Below are positions 1 to 12,838 of a DNA stretch of 64,000 bases, one piece after another. Numbering within the stretch: the first letter of the stretch is position 1; each line of letters begins with the position of its first letter. Both the position numbers and the translations under genes were made by a program. The notes under the pieces were generated by a model, which made no database searches, was not told the DNA's origin, and was given only the letters and a program-made list of their open reading frames with translations. The stretch lies in assembly GCA_951406725.2 (NCBI GenBank), contig OX597816.1, positions 87,234,001 through 87,298,000 of the forward strand, in the 5' to 3' direction. Origin of the DNA: Octopus vulgaris (Eukaryota).

Positions 1-876
1 CGCCACGGGAAATCTAAGCCAAGTGCATTAGATCCCCTGGAAGAAAGCTTCGAATGTATACAACACGAGGACGGAAAACGAACGAAGTGCACGAACAAAA
101 ATACAGAATACGTGACAACAATAAGAATACAAAAACGTAAAAACAATAACGGTAAAAATAAAGTATAACAAATAAACAACAAAACAAAACCAGGACGTAG
201 GACAAGGGTCTTTCGACAGGACGAATTGAGCATGGGGCAGGCTTATGAAGTTGTGCCTAATGGCCACAGGGAGACGAACAAGTACGTGTTGCTTCAACGG
301 CTGCTGGAACGAAAAGAGCGTTCAACAGCGGCTAGCGGTCACGTGAGAACAAAAGACAAGAGAAAGGGACAGATGAAAAGAGAGAGAAAAGGTGGACGAG
401 GGAGGAGAAGAAAGAGACAGATCGAGGGGGCTGGAGGTGAGAGAGATAGAGAAACGTAGAAGGGGGGGGGGAAACGGATGGAGAGGGAAAGAAAGGAGGG
501 GGAATAAGGGAGGAGAGAGAGAGAGAAAGAAAGATTAAGAGTCGTATCAATGCTTGAGAAAAAAATATACATATCGTATAAGGACAATTGTGGATACGTA
601 GCCGCCGATTATATAGGTAAACAGTAAAAATAATTACAGACATGGACAAGAACATGAAACGCCACAGAGACGACACAAGAACCACAGGACGGGACATTCG
701 AAGCCCTCAGTCATCAGTCAAGAACCAGATCATCTTAGCAATTTCGGCTGATTAATCTTGAGATTGCTCCGATATGGCCAGCCCGCCACGGGAAATCTAA
801 GCCAAGTGCATTAGATCCCCTGGAAGAAAGCTTCGAATGTATACAACACGAGGACGGAAAACGAACGAAGTGCACG

Positions 877-880
<4 letters not shown>
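1..880 (-). mobile_element. Non-coding retrozyme/Penelope-like element, ~783-bp unit in partial tandem (continues left of window)
   Basis: 1-97 is identical to 784-880 (period 783). No real ORF. Carries the rearranged hammerhead and is related to 34390-35600. Confidence 0.75.
694..840 (-). ncRNA. Rearranged (non-circularly permuted) hammerhead ribozyme, copy 1; predicted cut after C at 762
   Basis: Minus strand reads GGCUGG-CCAUAUC-GG-AGCAAU-C-UCAAGA-UUAA-UCAGCC-GAA-AUUGCU-AAGAU-GAUCUGG-U-UCUUGA-CUGAUGA. Stems I, II and III are each 6 bp, closed by a 15-bp helix 840-826/708-694. Confidence 0.75.
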
Positions 881-913
<33 letters not shown>

Positions 914-1269
914 TATGCATAAGCTAGTGGGGGATATACTACATAACATATGCAAAAATATTCTTAATTGAAATTTCCTCTTTGTTGAAGAAAGAAAATA
1001 ACGACTTAGTATTACTGAAGTTGGGTGGCAGAGTCAGAAGCTGACACTCTCAATTCTGTTTTCGCCTCTCTTCTTTGTCCTGCCGATGTTGACCAACAGA
1101 AGTTAAGGCTAGACATCAACCGCATGAATTTCATTCGTATCGGAAGGTCTATAAAGGCCATTTGCACTGTTTCTCTCCCTCCTCCACTGACTAAATTATT
1201 GATAGAAAGCGACCAGAAGATGGATAGACAGTCGTTAGAGCATTGAACTAACTACTATGTGATATTTAA

Positions 1270-2390
1270 TCTGATACCTTGGGCTCTAAGTTCAGATCTC
1301 AGCAAGGACTATTTTGCATTCATCCTTCGGGGTCAATAAATTAAGTAGCCGTCAAGCGCTATGCATTGGCGGAATCACTAGAGAGTCCACCGAGGTCGAT
1401 TTGCCTTTCATCCTTTCTGGGTCGATAAATTAAGTACCAGTTGCATACTGGAATCGATCTAATCCACTGGCCCCCTTCCCAAAATTTTCTGGCCTTGTGC
1501 CAGAAAAGGAAACGCTAGAGCGTCAAACAAAATGCATTGCAGTATTTGTTCAGGCTCAGTACGTCGTGAGTTCAAATATCGCTGTGAGCTACTCAACTGT
1601 TAATCTTAATCCGTCTCCAAGTTTAAGAACATTACATATCACCTAAGGTACCTCTAGTAGGTTCCACTCAGTTGCAAGCATACGGGCTTGAACGCCTATT
1701 AAAAACCTTCTTTCTTTCGCCTGCACCAGTTTTGGGATCTTTGTGAAGCATCTTGGGCATTGCCTTCTGACAAAAAAAAAATAATAAAAATCTGCTCTAA
1801 ACAAACACAGCAGTGCTATAAGAATCCTTGTCCACTTGTTATTGTATATAAATACCTTGGTATATAGCCTGGGTACCAGGACGATAGCCTATCTCCGTTG
1901 CCTTTTGTTCTCCTCATGATACCACTGAACTTAGCTAAGAAGGCGGTGAGGTAGCAGAATCGTTATCACGCCGGACGAAATGTTTAGCGGCATTTTTTCC
2001 GTCTTTACGTTCTGAATTCAAATCCTTCCGCTGCCGATTTTAACCATTTTATCCTTTCAAGGTCGATAAAATAGGTACCAGTTGAGCACTGGGGGTCAGC
2101 GTAATCGACCTTATTCTTTCCCCTAAATTTGTTGTCAGTGTGACAAAATTTTAAGCCATTATGTATTCCCCCATGTTAAGTCGGTGTGCTAGCAGAATCG
2201 TTAGCCCGCAGGACTAAATGCTTAACAGCTTGTCATCCGTCTTTACGTTCTGAGTTCAAATGTCGCCGAGTTCATCCATTCATCCATTCAGGGTCGATAA
2301 AATAAGTATCAGTTGAATCTTGCTGTTGATATAATCGATTAGCCACCAACCGCCAACTTTCAGGCGTTGCGCCTAAAGTAGAAAGGATTA
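1270..2390 (+). mobile_element. Cluster of SINE family 2 copies (GGCGGCGAGCTGGCAGAA head; GCCTTTCATCCTTTCGGGGTCGATAAA core, Meta-domain-like)
   Basis: Core recurs at ~1315, ~1405, ~2045 and ~2280; heads at ~1942 and ~2180; B-box-like GAGTTCAAAT. Same family at 14130, 51440 and 56521. Confidence 0.8.
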
Positions 2391-2779
2391 TTAATTCCCA
2401 AGTCGTCCCTAGTTGTACTACGAGCTCTGACCTACCTCAATGACACCAGTGGTCTATACTAAAATTTGGTGGTTCACAGCGAGCATCATAAGACCAAGAA
2501 AGTCGTTTCTTTTATATATAAGATTATCAAAAACTTAAATCAATTTAAAATAAATCTAAATGGATTTTATTAGATACAGCGGATGATTAATTTCTTAACG
2601 TACAATATTTTATGTCTATTGTGTTGTCACATAAGCATGAATAAGTAAATTTATAATTGGTGATTCATAAATTTTCTAATGAAGCTTGTCAACCATCTGA
2701 TAAAAACTGTGCATCACTAATCCACGATATTTAAGCCATCAGCACTATTTCCCCCCACCCCATTTTCATTTTTGGTAGA

Positions 2780-3075
2780 GGCGCAATGGCCCATGGTTAG
2801 GGCAGCCGATTCGCGGTCGGAGGATCGCGATTTCGATTCCCAGACTGGGCGTTGTGTGTTTTTAATGAGCGAAAACATCTAAAGCTCCACGAGACTCCGG
2901 CAGGGGATGGTGGTGACCCCTGTTGTACTCTTTCGCCCCAACTTTCTCTCACTCTTTCTTCCTGTTTCTTGATTAACGCTGCGATAGACTGGCGTGCCGT
3001 CCAGCTAGGGGGAACGCATATGCCACAGAACCCGGGAAACCGGGCCTATGAGCCAGGCTAGGCTTGAAAAGGGTG
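2780..3075 (+). mobile_element. tRNA-derived SINE, family 3
   Basis: Head GGCGCAATGGCCCATGGTTAGGGC...TTTCGATTCCC with A/B-box remnants. The 3' part resembles 47435-47670. Confidence 0.7.
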
Positions 3076-3235
3076 CATAACTGTTGTTTTTGTTTTTTTG
3101 CTGTTGCTTTTGTTTTTTGTTTCGAGAACATATTAACCCGTACTAGATTATCGAATGTATATACTTTTAAGAGAGTGGAGTGTTATTGGGGGAAAATTTG
3201 GTTTTATTTCTAGTAACTCGATCGACAACGTAGTG

Positions 3236-3372
3236 TAGGCATGGGCAACCATTTTCGAGAAGCGGGCCGCATTAGACGTGACTCATCGTGAGGTGGACTA
3301 AAAAATTCGAGGTAATATTTCGTTAGGCTTGCCATTCAGATAGTCCTGTGGGCTGCAGTTTGCCCATGACTG
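3236..3372. mobile_element. hAT (Charlie-like) MITE
   Basis: TIRs TAGGCATGGGCAA / TTGCCCATGACTG. Degenerate 8-bp TSD ACGTAGTG (3228-3235) / ACGTAGAA (3373-3380). Confidence 0.75.
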
Positions 3373-4609
3373 ACGTAGAAAGTGACACTGTTTAAATCTT
3401 TGTTTGTGCAAGACGGAGGCGGTAGACTGTTTATTATTATTTTTTTTTTTTTCCTTTGTAAGGAAAATATAGATATTAGAGATATGGGATGATCAGAAGC
3501 ATAGGTGGTGTAAGAGTTGAGTAGGAGGCATACAGATTTTATAACTACTATTCATGCCTGACTAACCAAGCAGAAATGATAGTAAGGAATGTGGGTTCGA
3601 TTTATATTCGTGTCGTATGTTAATGCTTTTGCGTGCCGATGTGTGTACATTATATGTGTGTGAGTGTTTTTTTTTTTCCTTTTGTTTTGTTTTATTTTAT
3701 TTTCTTCGCTCTTAGTGTAATATTGATTTGAGTAAATGAATTTATAAGAAATAGATTTCTTACTAGCGCTCAATATTTTGAAGTAATTTTGGACAAAAGA
3801 CTATTTACGAAATAAATCAACCTTAATATATACCTGCTAGTTTGGGGGTTGTTTTTTTTTCAACTTCTAAAGAGATCAAAAGGAAACATCGGCCCTGGTG
3901 GACTTTGAACTCAAAATGCAGAAAATCAAAACTAGATATGTCATGAAATATTTCTATTGAGTTCTGAAACTAATTCTACTTATTCCCTGATATATAAAGA
4001 AAAACTGAATATTGTAATGTTCATACCTTTCTCAAGACTACTAACATTATAAATTGTTTCTTTTGTCTTTGTTTAGTCCTAGGCTAATCCAGACCATTCA
4101 AATTTATGATCAAAGTGATTTCAAGTTAATACTATCACGCTTTTTTCCTTCTTTTCATGCATACTATTTTCACTGTTTTTAGAACTATATCATATAGCAA
4201 GCTTTTCTCTTTCCTCAAAAGAAATACGTTGGAAAGAAGTCATGTCGCATTTTTGACACTTTAAGGACACTTTTTCAATACTTACAGTAAAATGAGCATT
4301 AGTTTCTTGCATACTAGTGTGTGTGTGTTTCTGCGTTCGTTACGTCGAAAGTAAACTATAGTAAAGAACACTTTACGTCGTTTTAATGAGCCCACATCAT
4401 GAAGTAGCCATCCTTATGGTTTGTGATCCCATGGAAAAATCATCATATTTTAATTCGTGTTCAAGATACCTTAAACGTGTTTCACAGACTCATCCCTCGC
4501 CAGTGTAATCTTATTCTGTGGAATAGACAAGATGGGTATTATTCCATATTCCTCGGGTTGAACCTGCATAAATTTCTTCCGATTCCTATATTTGCCATAC
4601 AGGAGAATA

Positions 4610-5029
4610 GGATTTCACCCACAAAACACATTCTCAATATTTTAATTTTCTCCCTCTCCACACCAAATTAATTATTTACTTTTTTCAAATTTTTATTCTT
4701 GGTAATCCATGGGGAACAGAGTATGAATCTTTAATAATTTTACCCATCACCTCACCGCTTTCAAAAAGCTACACATTTCCAATGTTCCACTTTTAGCTTT
4801 TTGGAAAGCAGAGAAGTTTCTTCAGAAATAATGTCGTTTACCTGCTGTTTCTAGCATGTCGGGTTTTCTGGTTGTGGTCTGGTATTTTTTAAGTCTACTA
4901 TTTCAGTAGAATTCTAAACATTAGACAAAAGTGAAAGATTGGGAAATTTTAGCTTTTTCAAAGCTGGTAGGTGATGGGTGGGTTAGGTGGGGGAAGGGGC
5001 ATTGAATGTTTCTTTAAGGAAAATTGAAC

Positions 5030-5062
<33 letters not shown>

Positions 5063-5190
5063 TTCCTAAATTCGTAATCTCTGTATTTTTCTTCGTAGAT
5101 AACAAAAAAAGATTGAAAAAATTACAAATTAAGAAATTGCGATGGGGATAGAAGGAAATTAAAATTTTGAAAACGTGATTTTGGGACAAA
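4610..5190. repeat. Degenerate long inverted repeat (old MITE/foldback)
   Basis: 4741-4794 is an imperfect reverse complement of 4927-4980. 4610-4690 is a weaker reverse complement of 5115-5192. Confidence 0.55.
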
Positions 5191-5540
5191 ATCGTATTAA
5201 CCCCATTTTATACGATGAAACAATGCATAGTTTCTGATACTTCTTAAGAACAGAAAGCACTTTCATGCAAACGCATGCAAATTGTAACCTCGCCTTTCAC
5301 TATTAAACAAAAAATAATTTCCATTATTCCATTAACTATACATGAGGTGTGCCGATTCTACTCATAAGAAAAGAGCAACTGATACAATGTGCTTGTAGGT
5401 CATAACACTCGGGCAACGCCGGGATGTATTGCTTATATATATATATATATATATACATATATATATGCTATAAAGTGGGAGCGCTAACATTACATATATA
5501 TGTATATATATATACATATATATATATATATGTATATATA

Positions 5541-5707
5541 CGGCAGACTTCTTTCAATCTCTGTCAACTAAATCCACTCACAAGGATCTGGTCGACTTGA
5601 CGGTATAGTAGAAGACAATTGCGCCACCAAGATGCCACGCAGTGGACTGAACCTGTAACTATTTGATAGGGAAGCCAGCTTCTTACCACACAGCCACACC
5701 TGCACCT
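5541..5707 (-). mobile_element. SINE family 1, 5' half
   Basis: Reverse complement of the GGCGCAGGAGTGGCTGTGTGG...GAAAGAAGCCCG head seen at 10825. Confidence 0.85.
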
Positions 5708-8303
5708 ATATATACATATATGTGTGTGTGAGTGTGTGTGTCTGTGTGTATGTATGTATGCATGCATGCATTTACGTATGTATGTATGTAGGTATGTATG
5801 TATGTATGTATGTATGTATGTATGTATGTATGTATGTATAGATATGGTCGGCTCCAGCTCGTATCCAAGCATTGGGTTCGTCTGTTTCCATTCAATCTCC
5901 TCGGTTTATGTTTGTGCCGAAAGTGACTTTAGAGTCCAAGTCGGCGGTGAAAGAGTCGTGGGCAGAACTCGCACGGGATGGTCGGTGCAAGTCGAGGATG
6001 TTGAAGACGCTCAGATACGTGTTAGGTGTGCATTATATAGCTACCAGGTGTAATTTATCTTTACATTCCAGTTTATAGCTCTATTTTCTTCACAAATATA
6101 CGTACATTGGTTTCTCTGTCCGCGTGCGACTTTACACACGCCTTCTTATACATGTGGACTCCTTATGGGATTAATAATAACACCCAACATTCAAGCGTGT
6201 ACATATGCATACATAAGAACGCATATGGATGTTACTTGATGCCACAGATACAATAACCGTTTTTATTACATGTGTGGAAATACCCACAAAATATAACGAT
6301 ATCTTTTGAATTATACTTTTGTTTATTTATAATATATACACATAGGTTGTATATATTATAAATATATTCGGTTTTGTTTATTTACTTATTCACATTTCAA
6401 AGTTTATTGTTCTTGTTGATGTCGTTGTCGTTATTGTTATTATCATCGCTGTTGTAACTGTGGTTAAGAAGCAGTTTACCATAATGCTATATTTAAACTT
6501 GTAAGTTAATTTTTAAATATTAAACAAAGACTGAAAAATATACAGATGCATCTCTTGTCACCATACCTCCACCTGTCTTCTGTACCAGCATATTTTCCAA
6601 CTCTCCCATCCTACGAGTGGTGGTACCCTCTAGAAAACACTGATGAAACCTCAGGTGCCATTTTTCAAAGCAAAGAGTCACCAAATCTTAACGCAACATA
6701 TTTATCCTTCGACAATTGTTTTCTTGTACAGAAACATACAACATGACAGAAAGCTATCAAAACAAGTTAAAACCAGCTCAACGTGCAAACAAGCGTATTG
6801 TGCTTGGAGGAATATGTGAGGACAAATAACATAGCAAAATCGATTCGACAACGGATCAAAATCTAAAGACTTTATTAAAGCAAATTTACAAAATTTTCGA
6901 AAATAAATTGGGTTGTATATGTCCAGATAGAGAGTAACTGCAGATAAACTAAATAATCCAACAGAATAGATTCCTAGACGGGGCAGAAGAAATAGAACGA
7001 CAACAATCAAGATTGGTGAATGAATTAGATATAAATCGATAAAAATTGGAGTTCTGAAACTCAAACCTTAAAATCATGCTAAAATACGAGGAAGACTGTT
7101 ATCCATTCGTGGAAAGTGATTGCTGATTTGATTGATATACACTATATGCAGGAAAGGAAGAAAAAAACCATAGCGTGCTCTTTCTTTAAAATGGAATGAT
7201 GCACTAGACAACGCAGTTCTAAATTAATCTCAACTGAAAACAAATGCAATTATCACGGTAAAATGCTTTTAATCAATGACAGCACTAGCAATCTGGGAAG
7301 ATAGGGAATTCCAAATGGTTGCTCTACAGAGAATTCAAAATGGCTGCTGATGAGGAATAATTGCACAAGAGACGCAGCAGTAAAGATGATCAAAGAAGAG
7401 TCAGGTACGTACAACGAGTCAGCGTGATATTTCATAGTTGTGGTTATGGTGGAGAGAAACAAGTAAAAACATAAACTAACCAACCTCTGGCCAGTGGCTA
7501 CAACATTAGTGAATGAGTACTTGTCATTCAAGTAGATGACCTTTTGCATGTGGTCTTGGATATTTGTTGAAGTAGCAGCAGCGTTATCGCGTATATGTAA
7601 GAAATTATCCAATATGGGTCTCATTTGTTTGTCTAGTGTCAGTAACGTCAAGGCTGAACAGAGTCGTGATTTTCAAGATGTAGGTTAAATAATGTCTGAT
7701 ATTGCAATAAATTTGGGAACCTTACAATAAAACATTAGAATCTGGAGATTCTTGGGATGATCTGCATCAACAAATAACAGTTTCAAAAAAGATCGCAAAA
7801 TGGAATAAATTATTTTGTTGCAGCAATAAAAAAAAATGCAGCTTTACATTACAAATAAGCCACTTGATCGGGGTGAGAAAAAAATAATTATGGGTAATGA
7901 ACTGTTTATTGGAAGCGGTAAATAATTATATGTGAAGTGAGGGCTTGAATTCTGTGCTTTTCATGCGTAGAAACAGTAGTATTGTATGCGTCACATGTAT
8001 AGAAAAAAATGCCCTCGCGCAATTGAAGACAATCAGTTTGGTGCCCTTACTGGAAAGCTTTTACAAGATCTTTGGATGTTCGCGATTGGTAAAGTGATTT
8101 GAGGGAGGAGATAACAGATAGTGATAATGAGTATTATCTTCATAGGAATATGTGTTGTCAGAAGTGGCAGTAAGCAGATTAATGCTGTATAAAAAAATTA
8201 TCAAAGACGTGAACAGATTTAGAAGTATGTCACAATTGAAAGAGTATGATGCTGGTCAGCATATGTTCAATGAAGCATTCTGACAGAAACTTCTCCTCCC
8301 CCA

Positions 8304-8371
<68 letters not shown>

Positions 8372-9007
8372 ATATATATATATGTATGTATATATATAGA
8401 GAGAGAGAGAGAGAAAGGGAGAGAAGTAGGAGCAGGAGGAGCAGGGAGAGAGAAAGGGAGAGAGAGAGAGAGAAAGTGTGTGAGAGAGAGAGAGAGAGAG
8501 CGAGAGACTTGGTAGATGGGTAGGAAAGAGACATAGAGAGACTGATATAGCCGATAAACGGGTAATCAAGCGATACATGGTGAAAGACTTCGCCGAAGTT
8601 AAGAGATATAACATTGCTTTTGGCAGAGTTCTCCACGATGCGAGACAAGCTAATGGTAATGTTGTTGCTGTTGTTGTTGTTGTTGTTATTATTATTATTT
8701 CACCCCAGGTCAACATTGATCGAGAAGATCTGTGATCAAAAGATTTCCAACTAGCTCATCCTTTAAATAATATTTAAGGCTTAATTATCTTGTTTAATGT
8801 GTCTTTCTCCTTTACCAAATTCTAGGTAGTGTTTAACGGGAGTTAGGGCTGCTATTTCTAGTTTTCTAGCTTTCTGCATTTAAAGACACATGCAGATAGA
8901 TGAAAATATATTTATATACAGTTTGTTATAATCTATTTTTTCCTTTACGCGTGTGTATTGATGCGTGCGTGTCTCTGTATACCAGTGTATTTCTGAATAT
9001 GTGCGCG

Positions 9008-9066
<59 letters not shown>

Positions 9067-9104
9067 GTGTGTGTATGTGTGTGTGTGTGTATTCTTTCAT
9101 TCCT

Positions 9105-9235
9105 GTATTCTTTTACTTGTTTCAGTCATTTGACTGCGGCCTTGCTGGAGCACCACCTCTAGTCAAACAAATTGACCCCACTAAGTTACGGGGACGTAAT
9201 CACACCAACATCGGTTGTCAAGACAAATACATGCG

Positions 9236-9298
<63 letters not shown>

Positions 9299-9898
9299 AT
9301 ATCTGTGTGTGTGTATATATATATACGACAGGCTTCTTTCAGTTTCCATCCACCAAAATTTACTCATGACCCTTTGGTCAGCCCAAGGTTATAGTAGAAG
9401 ACGCTTGCCTAAGATGCCACGCAGTGCAACTGAACCCAGAACCATGTGGTTGGGAAGCAAGCTTCTTACCACGCAGCCACTCCTGCGTCTATACATGCAT
9501 ATACTCTTTTACTCTTTTACTCTGTTACTTGTTTCAGTCATTTGACTGTGGCCATGCTGGAGCACCTTTAGTCGAGCAAATCGACCTCAGGACGTATGCT
9601 TTGTATGCCTAGTACTTCTTTCGGGCTCTTTTGCCGAACCGCTACGTTACGGGGACGTAGACACACCACCATCGTAGACACAGACACGTAAACATATACA
9701 CACACATACATATACACATATATATACATATATACGACGGGCTTCTTTCAGTTTCCGTCTACCAAATCCATTCACAAGGCTTTGGTCGGCCCGAGGCTAT
9801 AGTAGATGACACTTGCCCAAGGTACCATGCAGTGGGACTGGAAGCGGAACCATGTGGTTCTTAAGCAAGCTACTTACCACGCAGCCACTCCTACGCCT
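9105..9898 (-). mobile_element. Two head-to-tail SINE family 1 copies (~9105-9490, ~9505-9898)
   Basis: Both run from the TTTTACTTGTTTCAGTCATTTGACTG tail to the CCACTCCTGCG head, with an internal (TA)/(CA) tract. Confidence 0.9.
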
Positions 9899-10824
9899 AC
9901 ATATATATTTATTTATTTATATACATACATATTTATTTATTTATTTATTTATTTATATACATACATACATAAAATTTTTTTAGAAAACAGCACATATATG
10001 AACTCAAAATTCAATAAAACTCAACAGCATTATACAAACCAATCTATTGATTACTTTAATCAAGTATCATTAAGTATATTTAATAAATTCAAAACAGATT
10101 TATTTAAACATAATAATAAACATTATTAATTTATATTAAAACAAATAATTAACTATTATATAAAAAAGAATATGTGAAAATTTTATAGATTCCATGAATT
10201 AATAATAATTTATCATGTTATATATACATAACCTCAAACTAAGGTCTTGTTCTTTATATATTAATTAATCCTTATTTTCTTCTCGTATTTACATAACATT
10301 TCAGAGATTTAATTTCAAGAGAGTTATTTAATTTATACATCCACAGATACAATGTTCAAGTTATGCATATATAATTATTAATTGATATTAATTATATTTC
10401 GTATTAGATAATATAAGGATGGACCGATGTATAATTAATACTACTAGATATCATCCGAATATTGAATGTAAGCGCATTGAATATTTAAAAAAGAAAAGGG
10501 GAAAACGATATATTAGATTAAGCCGAATACACAAATCTACAAATACCCAGCCACAAACACACACACACGCACTAATACACGTGCACATACATACATACAT
10601 ACACACACACCAAACAAAATCATACGAGCGTATATATTTACATATATGGGCCCCTTCCGTATCCCAGCTTACGTATATATATGTATATATGTGTGTATGT
10701 ATCTATCGATCTTTATGTTTGTGTATATATATATATATATATATGCATTATACATATATATACACATATATATGTACGTATATGTATATATATACACATA
10801 TATATGTACGTATATGTATATATA

Positions 10825-11230
10825 GGCGCAGGAGTGGCTGTGTGATAAGTAGTTTGTTTACCAACCACATGATTCCGGGTTCAGTCCCACTGCGTGGCAC
10901 CTCGGGCAAGTGTCTTCTACTATAGCCTCGGGCCGACCAAAGCCTTGTGAGTGGATTTGGTAGACGGAAACTGAAAGAAGCCCGTCGTATATATGTATAT
11001 ATATGTGTGTATGTGTGTGTTCGTGTGTCTGTGTTTGTCCCCCTAGCATTGCTTGAAAACCGATGCTGGTGTATTTATGTCCCCGTTACTTAGCGGTTCG
11101 GCAAAAGAGACCGATAAAATAAGTACTGGGCTTACAAAAGAATAAGCCCCGGGGTCGAGTTGCTCGATTAAAGGCGGTGCTCCAGCATAGCCGCAGTCAA
11201 ATGACTGAAACAAGTAAAAGAGTAAAAGAG
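10825..11230 (+). mobile_element. Full-length SINE family 1 (tRNA-derived, internal microsatellite, GTAAAAGA-repeat tail)
   Basis: A-box-like TGGCTGTGTG, B-box-like GGTTCAGTCCC, 3' CAGTCAAATGACTG hairpin and tandem GTAAAAGA. More than 10 copies in this window. Confidence 0.9.
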
Positions 11231-11439
11231 TATATGCTTGAATGCTTATATAGATAGGACAGGTAGATAGAGGATGGAGATACAGGTAACTGAAATATAA
11301 TTATATATACTTATGTGATGCATACACATATATACGTACTAGTATACACATATATATATTATTATTATTATTATTATTATTAAAATATAAAAATATACAA
11401 AATCTAAATTAATATTCACACACATATACATACATATAT

Positions 11440-11649
11440 AGCTGTAGAAATGAGTTGCGACGTCACTGGTGCCAAGCTGTATCGACCTTTGTCTTTTCCT
11501 TGGATAACACTGGTGGCGTGGAGAGGGGAGGCTGGTATGCATGGGCGACTGCTGGTCTTCCATAAACAACCGTGCCCGGACTTGTGTCTAGGAGGGTAAC
11601 TTTCTAGGTGCAATCCCATGGTCATTCATGACCGAAGGGGGTCTTTACC

Positions 11650-11652
<3 letters not shown>
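11440..11652 (+). mobile_element. 3' part of SINE family 3b
   Basis: Matches 27380-27570 and the reverse complement of 32725-32890. Confidence 0.75.
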
Positions 11653-11730
<78 letters not shown>

Positions 11731-11976
11731 TGTATGTATATATATGTATATTATACGACGGGTTCCGAATAGATTCCTTCCGCTAAATTTACTCCCAAGC
11801 TACTGTTCGCTTTGGCTTTACTAGAAGACACTTACCGAAGATGTTGTGCTGTAGCATTGCACAGAAACCGTTAGGATTTTCTTACCCATATAGCCAAGAA
11901 TATGCTTCAGAACATGATATAAAAACAAATATATACATACGTATATCTACATACATACAGACATATACACACACGA

Positions 11977-12334
11977 GAGTTAAGGCATGGAACAGATAAG
12001 ATCCGAGCTACATTTGTTTCATAGCGAGCAGAACCTTAGAAGTGGTAAATATCCAAGCGAAGTGTATACAGCAGGCTACATTTCAGGCCAAGAATATTTT
12101 ATAAGGAGGTACATGGTAACCAATGGAAGATTCAATCACAATTAATTCTAATTGAATCTTCCATGTGTTAACATGTACCTCATTGCGACAATGTAAACTT
12201 TCATCTAATCAAGATAACCTTGGCCTGAAGAGTAGCCTGTCGTATACACCTCGCTTGGATATTTACCACTTCTGAGGCACGGCTCGCTATGAAACAAATG
12301 TAGCCATGATTTTATCTACTTCATTTCTTAACTC
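11977..12334. mobile_element. Near-fully palindromic MITE (~358 bp)
   Basis: 11977-12092 is inverted versus 12218-12334. A second inner inverted pair lies at ~12106-12136/12151-12181. Confidence 0.8.
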
Positions 12335-12507
12335 ATGTATTCTTATTCCCAGATCCGGCAACCCTGGTCGCCTACCGTGAAATATACAAAGAACTTTTTC
12401 ATTTCATCGTACTTCGATACGAAAAAAATCCACAACCTTCCTTCTCAATAAGCCACTATTGTCCCTGAAAGTTGAAGCTAACTTTTTTCCAAGAACTCTA
12501 TCCCTGG

Positions 12508-12576
<69 letters not shown>

Positions 12577-12702
12577 GAGAGAGATAGAGAGAAGATAGAG
12601 AGAGAGAGAAGAGATAGATAGAGATAGATAGATATAGATATAGATATATATACATACAAACATATATATATAAATATATATATATGTATATATGTATATA
12701 TG

Positions 12703-12737
<35 letters not shown>

Positions 12738-12788
12738 GTATGTATGTATGTATGTATATACATATATACATATGTAAATAAATGTATG

Positions 12789-12838
<50 letters not shown>

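Noticed and set aside
718-783. HDV-like or twister interpretation of the pseudoknotted motif
   Set aside because: The helix order and conserved residues do not fit the HDV P1-P2-P3-P1.1-P4 or twister patterns, whereas all hammerhead core residues fall in register.
6600-8260. Possible host exons or transposase in complex AT-rich stretches (also 13.2-14.1, 25.4-26.4, 28.7-30.0 and 47.9-49.6 kb)
   Set aside because: Frequent stops in all frames, and no motif or consistent splice pattern that I can recognise. Probably old TE debris; left uncalled.
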